Origin: a virus
Lineage: Duplodnaviria > Caudoviricetes
IMG/VR virus record: IMGVR_UViG_3300044983_000280
Span: 1-39,923 of that record
Strand: one strand, 5' to 3'
Length of the DNA stretch: 39,923 nucleotides
Each line of letters begins with the position of its first letter. Position 1 is the stretch's first letter. The position numbers were made by a program, and so were the translations under genes. The notes under the pieces are model-generated. The model did not search any database and was not told the origin of the DNA. It worked only from the letters and a program-made list of their open reading frames with translations. This document shows positions 17,029 through 26,252 of this stretch, piece by piece.

Positions 17029-17223
17029 TCAATCGTCCTTCTTTTTCCCCCAGGTATAGAACCCATACAAGTGAAGGGCAATTGTCGGTATGGTAAACAA
17101 TGCCTGGGCGTAAAGATTCCGATGTAAGTTAATCCCAACCCAGTAGATGCAACAAACCGTATGGACAATAAAGTACCAGCGGTTTTTCTTTATCGACAGC
17201 CATGTCCCATATTTCCCCAGCAA
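17029..17223 (-). CDS. Small PnuC-like membrane protein
   Basis: GTWLSIKKNRW...AQAL...LYGFYTWGKK. The frame is open upstream to about 17283. Confidence 0.6.
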   Translation of the reverse strand: MLGKYGTWLSIKKNRWYFIVHTVCCIYWVGINLHRNLYAQALFTIPTIALHLYGFYTWGKKKDD

Positions 17224-17284
17224 CTTTGCCGAGGCATCACATATTTCGCCAATCCAATTGATCTGTATGTTATGCGCGTACTCC

Positions 17285-17558
17285 TAAAATGACCAAAAAC
17301 CTATCCAATATTTATTTTGGTGAAGGTCATTTTACCATTTGCGGTTATGTTATGGCAAAACTGACCATTTTGACCCACTTTTGCCATATAGACACTCAAT
17401 AGTCATAAAAAACATCACGGCTAATGTAATTTTCTCACATTGTGACATTAGCTGTGATGTTTTGGGAAACCTCCTGACGGTACATAATTTTTGCACCGTC
17501 AGGGGTGGACATTTGTCAAAGAAACGAAACCTCATCAATTTTGTGCCGGGTTTCGTTT
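17285..17558. repeat. Array of five consecutive inverted repeats
   Basis: Stems of 10, 10, 19, 14 and 11 bp, each loop containing ATTTT. Confidence 0.8.
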
Positions 17559-17582
17559 GTTAAATAAGTCATCGAACGAGCC

Positions 17583-17610
17583 TTGCGCGTTTCTATGGAT
17601 ATGCTAGGCT
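17583..17610 (+). promoter_or_regulatory. Putative promoter for the scaffold-capsid genes
   Basis: TTGCGC, 16 bp, TAGGCT with an extended TG. Confidence 0.4.
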
Positions 17611-17802
17611 CAAATTGAGCATGGAAGGAATTTAGCACAGGACGTGCATTCTTAAAGACCCCCACCTCACTGTACCGGACAGCTAAACCGGGGCCGACAC
17701 ACTCTTTTGACAAGGAATGTCAAACGCATACTGCAAGCGATACGCAGGACACACCGTCGCGGGGAAATAGCGGATTTTATGGATGAAGTAACACAGGACG
17801 TG
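17595..17802 (+). ncRNA. GGA-hairpin-rich leader or Csr/Rsm-like RNA
   Basis: 11 GGA on the + strand and none on the - strand. Hairpins GCAC-AGGAC-GTGC, TTTGAC-AAGGAAT-GTCAAA and CAC-AGGAC-GTG. Confidence 0.55.
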
Positions 17803-18495
17803 ATGGCACCTGTAGAAGAGAAGATGCTTCCACAGAGCCAAGTAAATGACATAGTTAAGAGGGAAAAAGCGCAGGTTGCCGAGCGAGTACGGCGCGAAAT
17901 GGAAGCCGAAATGGCGCAAAAGATGCAGCCCCAGCAAATGGGCGGCATGTCTCAAGGGCCAGACATGGATGCGATCAAGCAAGAGGTGTTAAATCACATC
18001 ATGCAGAAAGCGCAAGAAATGGATGCCCAAGAGGAAAAGAAAGCGCAAGAAGCCCACGCCGCAAAGGAACGCGAGGATTTACAGAGAGCCGCGGATGATT
18101 TTTATCTGAAAATGGGTGCCGGCAAAGACAAGTACTCAGATTTTGAAGAAGTCATGCAGGATTTCGAACCACACGCCTTTCCAAGAGTCGCATTTTTGGC
18201 GGCAGAAAACGGATCGGACGGACAGCCACTGGACACAGCGGGCATCATGTACGAACTGGCCAGAAACCCAACAAAATTGACTCACCTTAACGATCTTGCG
18301 ATGCATTCGCCGAAGATGGCAAAGAAAGAGATGGAAAAACTGTCTCAATCAATTGTCAAAAATCAGCAAGCAGTGCAAGGAAACGTCAGTCCACGTGAAC
18401 CACTTCCACGCCTGAAATCAAGTTCTAGTGTCGGTGCGGACACGGGCGAGATGACGTTGCGTGATTACAAGAACGCGGATTGGCTGAGAGGCTAA
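17779..18495 (+). CDS. Scaffolding protein
   Basis: Helical and E/Q/K-rich, YELARNP motif, located between portal and coat. Confidence 0.85.
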   Translation: MDEVTQDVMAPVEEKMLPQSQVNDIVKREKAQVAERVRREMEAEMAQKMQPQQMGGMSQGPDMDAIKQEVLNHIMQKAQEMDAQEEKKAQEAHAAKEREDLQRAADDFYLKMGAGKDKYSDFEEVMQDFEPHAFPRVAFLAAENGSDGQPLDTAGIMYELARNPTKLTHLNDLAMHSPKMAKKEMEKLSQSIVKNQQAVQGNVSPREPLPRLKSSSSVGADTGEMTLRDYKNADWLRG

Positions 18496-18549
18496 ACGTT
18501 ACTCAACCTGTCTCACCTTGGTAAACGGATTTTACAAGGATGAAACACA

Positions 18550-19791
18550 ATGAGTGTGCCAGCAAATATTCTTCAGCAGGTCATAACATATCAGTTAAGT
18601 GGCCTTGCATTTATGCAAAATTTAAATTGTTTTATTGGGACAGCTAACACAAAATTCAAGAACTTCAATCAGCTAGAGGCCCAACTTGGCTCGACGGTCT
18701 CCTTCGATCTTCCTCCAAGAATGACCACAACCAATTCTTTGGTTGCCTCATTCCAGCCGGCTGATCAACGCGTACAAAACTTGGTTGTTGATCAACAACA
18801 ATCCGTTTCGTATGAGTTCACCGCCCAACAATTTATCTTCAACGTTAAAGACTATATGGAAAGATTTGGTAAGGCAGCCATCATCGAATTGGGTGCCCAA
18901 ATCGAATCCAACGTTGCGTTAAATTGCGTAAGTAACACGTACAGGTTCTACGGCGACGGTGTGTCCCCAATCAATTCATACGGTCAATTGGCCAGTGCGT
19001 TGGCATTCTTCAGAAACTATGGCGCTATCGGAAGTAACGTGAAAGGTTATTTAAGTGATATTGCCGTGGCTGCCATCGTAAACAGCGGTCTGAACCAATT
19101 CGCCCTCGACCGAAACAACAAGATCGCCAATTCTTGGGAAGTCGGTATGTTCTCCAAATGTGACTGGTATCAATCCAACTTGTTACCCATTCACTATTCG
19201 GGAAATGTCGGCGTAAACGGAACAACCCTTACGGTAATCAGCACCACCCTTGATTCTCTAGGCGCTGTGACCAGCATTACATTTAGTGGTGCCGGCACAT
19301 CCGATGCGAGTGCGGTGTTCTTATACGATAAGTTCCAGTTCCAAGATATTGCGAATTACACCAATTTGCGTTATCTGACCTTCGTCGGACATAAGGTATC
19401 TCAAAACCCTGTCCAATTCGCCGCGACTGCTGCTGCCGCATCCGATGGTTCCGGTCACGTTACCGTATCCATCACCCCCGCATTGCAGGTCAATTCAGTG
19501 AATACCCAGAACATAAACACCCCAATTGTGGCCGGTATGCAGGTTAAAGCATTACCAAGTCATCGTGCCGGGTTGATTTGTTCCGGTAATCCGCTGTTCT
19601 TGGCGATGCCCGCACTTCCTGATCAAACACCATTTCCTACCGGAAACGCATACGATTCCGATACCGGGGTGGCATTACGTCAGTATTACGGTGCGCAATT
19701 CGGGTTAAATGCCATGGGGATGGTTCACGATTGTATTTGGGGTTCGACTCTTGTCCCTGAAAACAGCATGGCGATCATTTTCCCGCTGTAA
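18550..19791 (+). CDS. Major capsid protein (P22 gp5-like)
   Basis: 413 aa, GSTVSFDLPPR, follows the scaffold gene, strong RBS. Confidence 0.9.
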   Translation: MSVPANILQQVITYQLSGLAFMQNLNCFIGTANTKFKNFNQLEAQLGSTVSFDLPPRMTTTNSLVASFQPADQRVQNLVVDQQQSVSYEFTAQQFIFNVKDYMERFGKAAIIELGAQIESNVALNCVSNTYRFYGDGVSPINSYGQLASALAFFRNYGAIGSNVKGYLSDIAVAAIVNSGLNQFALDRNNKIANSWEVGMFSKCDWYQSNLLPIHYSGNVGVNGTTLTVISTTLDSLGAVTSITFSGAGTSDASAVFLYDKFQFQDIANYTNLRYLTFVGHKVSQNPVQFAATAAAASDGSGHVTVSITPALQVNSVNTQNINTPIVAGMQVKALPSHRAGLICSGNPLFLAMPALPDQTPFPTGNAYDSDTGVALRQYYGAQFGLNAMGMVHDCIWGSTLVPENSMAIIFPL

Positions 19792-19808
19792 TTCTCCAAA
19801 GGAACTTA

Positions 19809-19836
19809 GGGGGTTTTCCATGGCCCCCGCTTTTTT
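19809..19836 (+). terminator. Rho-independent terminator after the capsid gene
   Basis: GGGGGTT...GGCCCCC hairpin followed by TTTTTT. Confidence 0.6.
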
Positions 19837-19858
19837 AACGGAATAAAAGGAAATTGAA

Positions 19859-20686
19859 ATGAGTAGTGTACCAAATACCCCCGTCGTAAATGATGGCTTA
19901 CTTTATGTAAACGGCTGTAATTTAAGTTGGGTCAGCACCACAGCCATTAGTGTGAGTGCCGGCCAAGTACGTGATTCCGGTAATATAAATGACATTGTTA
20001 TCTCAAGTGCATGCAGCGTCAGCATTAGTTCAAGTGGTGTTGTGAATGCCTTGGATACCGGCACCATTGCCGCTTCCACCATGTACAATGTCTATGCCAT
20101 TGGCGATTCCACTGGGTTTCGTACCAATGGTTGCCTACTGTCCTTAAGCGCTAGCCAACCCACCCTTCCTTTTGGGTACGACATGTATCGTCGTATTGGC
20201 GCAATTTCTATCGACAGCGGATCGCACGTTCGTCCCTTTATGCAAGTCGGTTCAGGAAATTCCCGCGAAATGTGGTACGATCCAGGCACCGGCCCAAGCA
20301 CCAAGGGTGTGGTCATTCCTTCCAGTGGCACCGGCGGTTCAACCTCTTACGTGAACCTTGGATTGTTAATAAGTCTGGTTCCTCAATTGGCCGTTGATTG
20401 TATCCTTGACGTTGCGTTCACTCCTAACTCTGCCAACAACGTGCTTTACTTGGCACCTCCAACCATTGATAACGGAACCACGGCTTGCGTCGGCTCTATG
20501 GTCGCATTCTCTGGCGCCGCAACCGGAAGTGCGCAAGTGGGTGTTGTGCGTGTTCCCTGTTCGCTGCCTAATGCTACACAGATCGCCGCACTGACTATCT
20601 TAAGCAAGGTCACCATTCTTTATGCCACAAGCTCTGCAAGTGACGCAGTGGTGTTCTTGTTAAACGGGTATGTCGACCAATTGTAA
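19859..20686 (+). CDS. Virion structural protein (decoration or fibre-like)
   Basis: Beta-rich, LDTGTIAASTMYNVY and LPFGYDMYRRIG. Confidence 0.75.
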   Translation: MSSVPNTPVVNDGLLYVNGCNLSWVSTTAISVSAGQVRDSGNINDIVISSACSVSISSSGVVNALDTGTIAASTMYNVYAIGDSTGFRTNGCLLSLSASQPTLPFGYDMYRRIGAISIDSGSHVRPFMQVGSGNSREMWYDPGTGPSTKGVVIPSSGTGGSTSYVNLGLLISLVPQLAVDCILDVAFTPNSANNVLYLAPPTIDNGTTACVGSMVAFSGAATGSAQVGVVRVPCSLPNATQIAALTILSKVTILYATSSASDAVVFLLNGYVDQL

Positions 20687-20697
20687 GGGGTTGAAGA

Positions 20698-21405
20698 ATG
20701 TCGTACACCGTTACGAAACTGATCAACAACGCGTTTTATACATCCGGTATTGTGGCGCGTGAGTTTCAAACGGTGTCCGGCACTCAATTCCAAGAAGGAT
20801 TGGATTATCTAAATGAAATTTTGGGAGATACGAGGGTTGCCGATGACATGCTCTCGTATTTTACCAAATACACTTTTAATACGGTGGCGGGACAAGAGAA
20901 ATACACAATCCCCGGTCTTATCGAAGTGGACAGTTTGACGTTTACCCTCGATACCATCCGTTACCAGATGAATGAAACCCAGCGTATCGAGTACTTCAGT
21001 ACGCCCCGTGCAAACAACATCAGTTCGTTACCCCTTATGTACCATGTCGAGCGCCAATTAAATGGGGCCGATTTGTATATGTACTTTCTTCCAAACCAGG
21101 TCTATCCAATGGAATTGTGGGGTCTGTTTGGTTTAACGGCTGTGGCATTGAATACCGATTTATTACTCACCTACGACCAGTTTTACATCAATTACCTCAA
21201 ATACATGTTAGCCCAACGTATCTGCGTCAATTACGATTATGATGTGTCGGCAAAATTAAGAGAGCAGGTTAAATATTACGAGGGCATCATATCCAAGCAG
21301 TCCCAGCAAATGGATCTCAAACTTCAGAAAATATCCACCCTCGTTTCTGGTCAGGCACTTAACTATGGACAAATTAACCTCGGGAAATCCTGGACTGTTC
21401 CCTAA
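20698..21405 (+). CDS. Head-tail adaptor (P22 gp4-like position)
   Basis: TVTKLINNAF...GLDYLNEILG...LKYMLAQRIC, plus synteny. Confidence 0.75.
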   Translation: MSYTVTKLINNAFYTSGIVAREFQTVSGTQFQEGLDYLNEILGDTRVADDMLSYFTKYTFNTVAGQEKYTIPGLIEVDSLTFTLDTIRYQMNETQRIEYFSTPRANNISSLPLMYHVERQLNGADLYMYFLPNQVYPMELWGLFGLTAVALNTDLLLTYDQFYINYLKYMLAQRICVNYDYDVSAKLREQVKYYEGIISKQSQQMDLKLQKISTLVSGQALNYGQINLGKSWTVP

Positions 21406-21421
21406 TCAACAATGGATTTAA

Positions 21422-23026
21422 ATGAGCAAAAAGACCGGTTCCCAGCAAATCCCCATCAGTGTAGTGGGGTCAAGTGCCTTCGGACGATACTCGAAGATGT
21501 CGTCATCGCGCACGTACAACATGTACATGTCGGAATCCGGTGAAAACGATTCGGCGGAACGTTGGCTTATTCCCTTTCCTGGATACAGGGCCGTGTCGGA
21601 AATTCTGTCTTCGGGTTCTGGGCGTGGCATTTTTCGCAGTATCCGCGGCAATTTCATGCTGGCCGTTATTAACGCAAACGTTTATCGCATTAATCCAAGT
21701 CTTGGTTATATTTTAATTGGAACACTGGCCAGTAATACGGGCGAAGTGTTCATGGATGAGAACCTCAATAACCAGATTTGCATCGTTGATGGGGTAAATG
21801 CTTACATTTATAACCATGCGCTGGCTCCCAATCTGACCGTGCAGTCATTGTCCGGCACATTAATTCCCAATTACGTGGCGTACCACAATACATTCTTCCT
21901 CTTTGGGAATGGGAACACATCGGGTAATGGGGCGGCTTGGTACGCATACAGCTTTAGTACCGACACAACAATTGTGCAGGCCACTCAATTAGCGCTGCAA
22001 ACCAAACCAGATTATGCCATCGCCGTGAAAAGGATTCCAAGCCAGTCAGCAAACGTATTGGTGTTCGGAACCGCGGTGTGCGAAGTCCATCAACAAGTGG
22101 GCGGCATTCTCAATTATCAACGCGTCAATTCTGTCTCAGTCGATTATGGGTGCTTGAGTGTCTCAACAATTGATGCTGCCGATCAATTCATTGCTTGGTT
22201 GGGTGTCAATGAATTCAATTCCCCGGTTATCATGGTCTACAGCGGTCAAGGGGCGACCAGTATAACGACGGACGGTATCGCCTATGAGATGGGCAAGATT
22301 ACAGTACCAACGGATTCGACCGCCGCATTTATCCGGGTCGACGGCCATTTAATCTACCAACTGACCTTTTTTAACAGTGCCGACAATGTCACGTACATGT
22401 ACGACTTTAATACCCAAAAGTTCTTCAATTTAAGTGACCAGTACCTTAATTACCACCCGGCGAGGCAATATGCGTACATCAACCAACAAAATTACTTTGT
22501 TTCGCTTAATAATGGTCGGCTTTACCGAATTAATTCTGATATTACGGTTATCGATGAAAATATTGTCGGATTCTCAGCAGACAACATATACGACATGCAG
22601 CGAATTCGGATTACCGAAAATTATGCCCAGGATGATTCCGATCGATTCATTGCCAACCGCCTGACCTTAACCATCGAGCAGGGAACCGACCCGGAATATC
22701 AAAATTCTGGTATCGGATATATTGTGACGGAACAAACGAATAACCCCTCAGAGGCGTTTGTGGTGGCAGAGGACGGGCAAACATATATCGTCATTGAAGG
22801 TACTACCACCACGATTCCATACCTGCCACGGGTCGATTTAAGCATATCCACAGACGGGGCCGTCACATGGAGTAATACCGTCACCTATCCCATGAACCCC
22901 TTGGGTTACCGTAAAAACATCATGAATTGGAATAGGTTAGGTGCGTGCAATATAATTACGTTTAAGTTCCGGTTTTGGGGACACCATCAATTTGTGGTTA
23001 ACAATGCGTATTTGGAGATCAAATAA
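21422..23026 (+). CDS. Tail hub / DNA-stabilisation protein (P22 gp10-like)
   Basis: GHLIYQLTF, YDFNTQKF, STDGAVTWS and WNRLG. Confidence 0.85.
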   Translation: MSKKTGSQQIPISVVGSSAFGRYSKMSSSRTYNMYMSESGENDSAERWLIPFPGYRAVSEILSSGSGRGIFRSIRGNFMLAVINANVYRINPSLGYILIGTLASNTGEVFMDENLNNQICIVDGVNAYIYNHALAPNLTVQSLSGTLIPNYVAYHNTFFLFGNGNTSGNGAAWYAYSFSTDTTIVQATQLALQTKPDYAIAVKRIPSQSANVLVFGTAVCEVHQQVGGILNYQRVNSVSVDYGCLSVSTIDAADQFIAWLGVNEFNSPVIMVYSGQGATSITTDGIAYEMGKITVPTDSTAAFIRVDGHLIYQLTFFNSADNVTYMYDFNTQKFFNLSDQYLNYHPARQYAYINQQNYFVSLNNGRLYRINSDITVIDENIVGFSADNIYDMQRIRITENYAQDDSDRFIANRLTLTIEQGTDPEYQNSGIGYIVTEQTNNPSEAFVVAEDGQTYIVIEGTTTTIPYLPRVDLSISTDGAVTWSNTVTYPMNPLGYRKNIMNWNRLGACNIITFKFRFWGHHQFVVNNAYLEIK

Positions 23027-23319
23027 TGAATATACCGGTCTTCACAAAGGGTGGCGAGACGACCCAGGAAAATTACCAACGGGAACTGAATCAGGTTTTA
23101 TTAAATGGTGCCGGCCCAAATGGGAACGTCATTTCGTCGGTAACCAACGCACAATTGACCACAAACGTCGTTGTGGCCCCGGATGGGTCATTGACAAGCC
23201 TACTGAATTTAATGCCAGATGGTACAATATGGTACGTGTCTGACGCAGCCCCCAGCCCCGTTTTTGTGGGAAAGATTAATGGCGCATTAAGGCAGTTCAC
23301 GACAACAGCTTATCCATAG
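23026..23319 (+). CDS. Small tail-associated protein
   Basis: Coupled to the gp10-like gene, DGTIWY. Confidence 0.7.
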   Translation: MNIPVFTKGGETTQENYQRELNQVLLNGAGPNGNVISSVTNAQLTTNVVVAPDGSLTSLLNLMPDGTIWYVSDAAPSPVFVGKINGALRQFTTTAYP

Positions 23320-23327
23320 AGGGAATT

Positions 23328-23972
23328 ATGGGATTTTTCAAAAGTATTGGACAGAAATTAGAACATGGATTGTTTGGCCGGCCAGGGAAGAACCCAGCCG
23401 AAGCCGCAATGCCTTATTTAAATCAGATCCCCGGATTTGGCCGTGAAGGTTATCAGCCATTTATCGACCAGGGTCAGCAAGCGCAACAACAATTAAATCC
23501 CTTGTATGAGCGCATGTCCCAAGACCCCACCGCATACATTAATGCCTTGATGCAGAATTACAGCCCATCCGAAGGTTACAAATTCAAAGAAAGGCAGATG
23601 TTACGCGGTGCCCAGAACTCGGCAGCATCAGGCGGTTTTGCCGGCACACAAAATGATCAAATGGGTCAGGCGCAGATGATCCAAGGTCTATTGGGTGGCG
23701 ACATGCAACAATTCTTGCAAAACGTCATGGGTGCCCAGGGTCAAGGTATGCAAGGATTGGAAAATCAGGTTGGCCGAGGATACGAGTCCGCCGGCAATCT
23801 GGCCGGATATTTGGGTAATGCGCTAGGTGCCCAAGGGGGTGCCGCATTCCAAGGCCAGCAACAAAAGAATGAAAATAGCATGGGTAAACGAAATTCCTTC
23901 CTTAATTTTCTGGGAAATCTTGCCGGTGCCGGCAGTGGTGCATACCAGGCGAATAAGATGTATGGAGGTTAA
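23328..23972 (+). CDS. DNA ejection protein (gp7-like)
   Basis: G/Q/N-rich, YQPFIDQG and SEGYKF...AASGG. Confidence 0.75.
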   Translation: MGFFKSIGQKLEHGLFGRPGKNPAEAAMPYLNQIPGFGREGYQPFIDQGQQAQQQLNPLYERMSQDPTAYINALMQNYSPSEGYKFKERQMLRGAQNSAASGGFAGTQNDQMGQAQMIQGLLGGDMQQFLQNVMGAQGQGMQGLENQVGRGYESAGNLAGYLGNALGAQGGAAFQGQQQKNENSMGKRNSFLNFLGNLAGAGSGAYQANKMYGG

Positions 23973-23975
23973 GTC

Positions 23976-24869
23976 GTGCCAATTCCATTAAACTTACCCA
24001 ATTTTTTGAATGCTCCCATTCAGAAATACGACAATTCGGGACTTGAAAATCTTCCGATGAAGTTGCTCGCGGCGTACCAAATGCCCATGAAAATGGAACG
24101 TGAAAAAGAAATGCACGATCTGAAAAAGATGCTGGGTGAGGCGGAAGTAAAATACAAGGGTCAAATGGGTGATTACTATGCCGGAAAGGGTGGTGAGCCG
24201 GGCAGTCCTGAAGGCAAATTGTTAAAAGATTTCAATGTATCCATGGCCGAAAATGGCGAAAATGACCCCAGAACGCAAGCATTACGGGCCGCGTTGGAAA
24301 GAAAAGCCCAGGGCCAAGGTGCCCAGGTTCCGGCACAGGTTAAGGGTAAACAAATGAATGCCATGATCGCCCGTGACCAACGAAATTATATCGCCCAGAA
24401 CTTGGAACAACCTTATATTGGTTCGGGTTCAAACGTAAAATTGATGAATGACTACAATCGATACAAGGCTACCCAAGACCCTCAAGAGAAAAAGGCACTT
24501 GCTTACAAATTGGCGCTCGCAGTCAATGCGAAAAAGCTGTTGCCAGAATACTCAGCCTTGCAGTTAACAAGCCAAGGGCAAACGGGTACAGTGTCGGCCA
24601 AGAAAGCCCAGGAAAAGGCCATTCAACAAGGTTGGCCAGAATCATTGTTATGGTTTGAAAATAACATGCCGAAAGAAATTCAGGAATTGGCCAATGAAAT
24701 CCATGCAGATTCTTTGGAGAAATTGGGCAAAATCGGTCTTGAATCATACCAAAAGCTGATTGGTTCAAAAGATGCCGGCATATTTAATGGGTACGGCGAA
24801 GAAATGGTGCCACAATCATCCTTGCAACTTGGCAACTATAATCCTGACGAGGTTGAATATGCCTATTGA
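23976..24869 (+). CDS. Putative DNA ejection protein
   Basis: Helical, synteny, GGAGG RBS. Confidence 0.65.
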   Translation: MPIPLNLPNFLNAPIQKYDNSGLENLPMKLLAAYQMPMKMEREKEMHDLKKMLGEAEVKYKGQMGDYYAGKGGEPGSPEGKLLKDFNVSMAENGENDPRTQALRAALERKAQGQGAQVPAQVKGKQMNAMIARDQRNYIAQNLEQPYIGSGSNVKLMNDYNRYKATQDPQEKKALAYKLALAVNAKKLLPEYSALQLTSQGQTGTVSAKKAQEKAIQQGWPESLLWFENNMPKEIQELANEIHADSLEKLGKIGLESYQKLIGSKDAGIFNGYGEEMVPQSSLQLGNYNPDEVEYAY

Positions 24870-26076
24870 TTTAAACGACTACCAGTCTGCATATAAAAGC
24901 TATGGGAAACCACAGCAAGAACCGGCGCAGCCAGGGCAGCCCGGGATGCAGCAAGGTGCGCCCCAAAAAATGAGCATGGAACAGATCATGCAAGCCGCCG
25001 GTCGTGTTCAAGAAAATTATCCCAAGCAATTATGGGAGGGTGCAAAGGCAATCGGATTGGGTTCAGCGCAAGGATTAGCCGATTTAGGTGTGTCGGCATT
25101 GAACTTGCCCGCACAATTATTGGGTTCAGACAAACGAATTCCCCACCCCAATTTAGAGCAATACATTGACCCCGAAATGTCTCTTCCCTTTATGGCAGGA
25201 CAATTTGTTGGGCCAGGATTGGGTAAGTTCGCCGGCATCCAAAAATTAAATAAGATTGCCCGTCCATTGGGGAAAATGGGTGTCGGCTCTGACATTGCGC
25301 GTGGTGCTGCCGTCGGATATGCCTTGGGTGAAACCGGGGACGAGGGTGAAGGTCGGGCGTTGGGTGCCGTATTACAGGGTGCCGGATCGGGTCTTGGTGG
25401 TTTGCGTTCCAAGAATCTCGTTAACAATGTGCTGGCCGATAAAAAGAAAATCAACGAGACGTATCGCAAGGGATACAAGGAAGTGTTCGATCAGGCCCAG
25501 CAAAGTGGTGCCCAGCACACAGTTCGTCAAAAAATTTCACCGATATTGGGTCGGGAAATGAAGTATTCACGTTCTTCGTTAAAGAAATATCGCCAAGACC
25601 CCAGTTTAGAGAACGCCCATTGGTTACAAAGTGATTTGGGCAAAGACATTCGCGCCCTTGAAGGACAGCCCGTATTATCGAGTGAGAAATTACGAGCCCT
25701 TGATGTGGCCAGGAAGACCCAAGAAAGAATGAAGTCAGCAATTGATCGGTCATTCAATACCCGCGCACGTCCCGATTTGACGCAGCGGTATCATGAATTA
25801 ACCAAAGGATATGGTGAAGAAGCCGTTCCATATTTAAGTCCCAAGGTCAAAAAGGCATTAAACCGATACGAGTCTGGGAAAGCAGACGCCAAACAAACCC
25901 TTAAAAAGTTAAGGGGAAGTTCGGTTTTCGACGAAGAGTTATCCGCAAAGTTTCCAGAAATCGGATTACAAAATGCGTTGAAGAAGGCCGGAAAGGTTGG
26001 TTTATATTTGGGATCGTCCGCTGCCGGATTGGGATATGCCGGCAAGAAGGGTATCCAATACGCAACCCAAGATTAA
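24859..26076 (+). CDS. Putative DNA ejection protein
   Basis: Gly-rich amphipathic segments, GAGG RBS before MPID. Confidence 0.65.
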   Translation: MPIDLNDYQSAYKSYGKPQQEPAQPGQPGMQQGAPQKMSMEQIMQAAGRVQENYPKQLWEGAKAIGLGSAQGLADLGVSALNLPAQLLGSDKRIPHPNLEQYIDPEMSLPFMAGQFVGPGLGKFAGIQKLNKIARPLGKMGVGSDIARGAAVGYALGETGDEGEGRALGAVLQGAGSGLGGLRSKNLVNNVLADKKKINETYRKGYKEVFDQAQQSGAQHTVRQKISPILGREMKYSRSSLKKYRQDPSLENAHWLQSDLGKDIRALEGQPVLSSEKLRALDVARKTQERMKSAIDRSFNTRARPDLTQRYHELTKGYGEEAVPYLSPKVKKALNRYESGKADAKQTLKKLRGSSVFDEELSAKFPEIGLQNALKKAGKVGLYLGSSAAGLGYAGKKGIQYATQD

Positions 26077-26084
26077 TTTTGTTA

Positions 26085-26153
26085 TTATCCTAAGAAGATT
26101 AAGAGGGCCGCACTTACAAACGAAACGGTTAGGCATAAGGGAATGAATGACAT
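26085..26153 (-). CDS. 22-aa hydrophobic peptide
   Basis: MSFIPLCLTVSFVSAALLIFLG, AGAGGA RBS, own promoter. Confidence 0.55.
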   Translation of the reverse strand: MSFIPLCLTVSFVSAALLIFLG

Positions 26154-26196
26154 TGTTTTGATCCTCTAGGTTGTTAGTTAAGTTTCTTTCTTATGG

Positions 26197-26225
26197 ATGA
26201 TAACGCAAAGAAAGACAGTTTTCAA
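26197..26225 (-). promoter_or_regulatory. Promoter for the 22-aa peptide gene
   Basis: TTGAAA, 17 bp, TATCAT. Confidence 0.55.
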
Positions 26226-26252
26226 TAGTTTGTTGTATAAGGGAATATACAC

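Noticed and set aside
17350-17538. 62-aa minus-strand ORF across the hairpin array
   Set aside because: No RBS, TTG start and no recognisable motif. Probably a by-product of the palindromes.
17285-17558. CRISPR array or integron attC array
   Set aside because: There are no conserved direct repeats and no cas or intI gene, and the units lack consistent RYYYAAC/GTTRRRY boxes.
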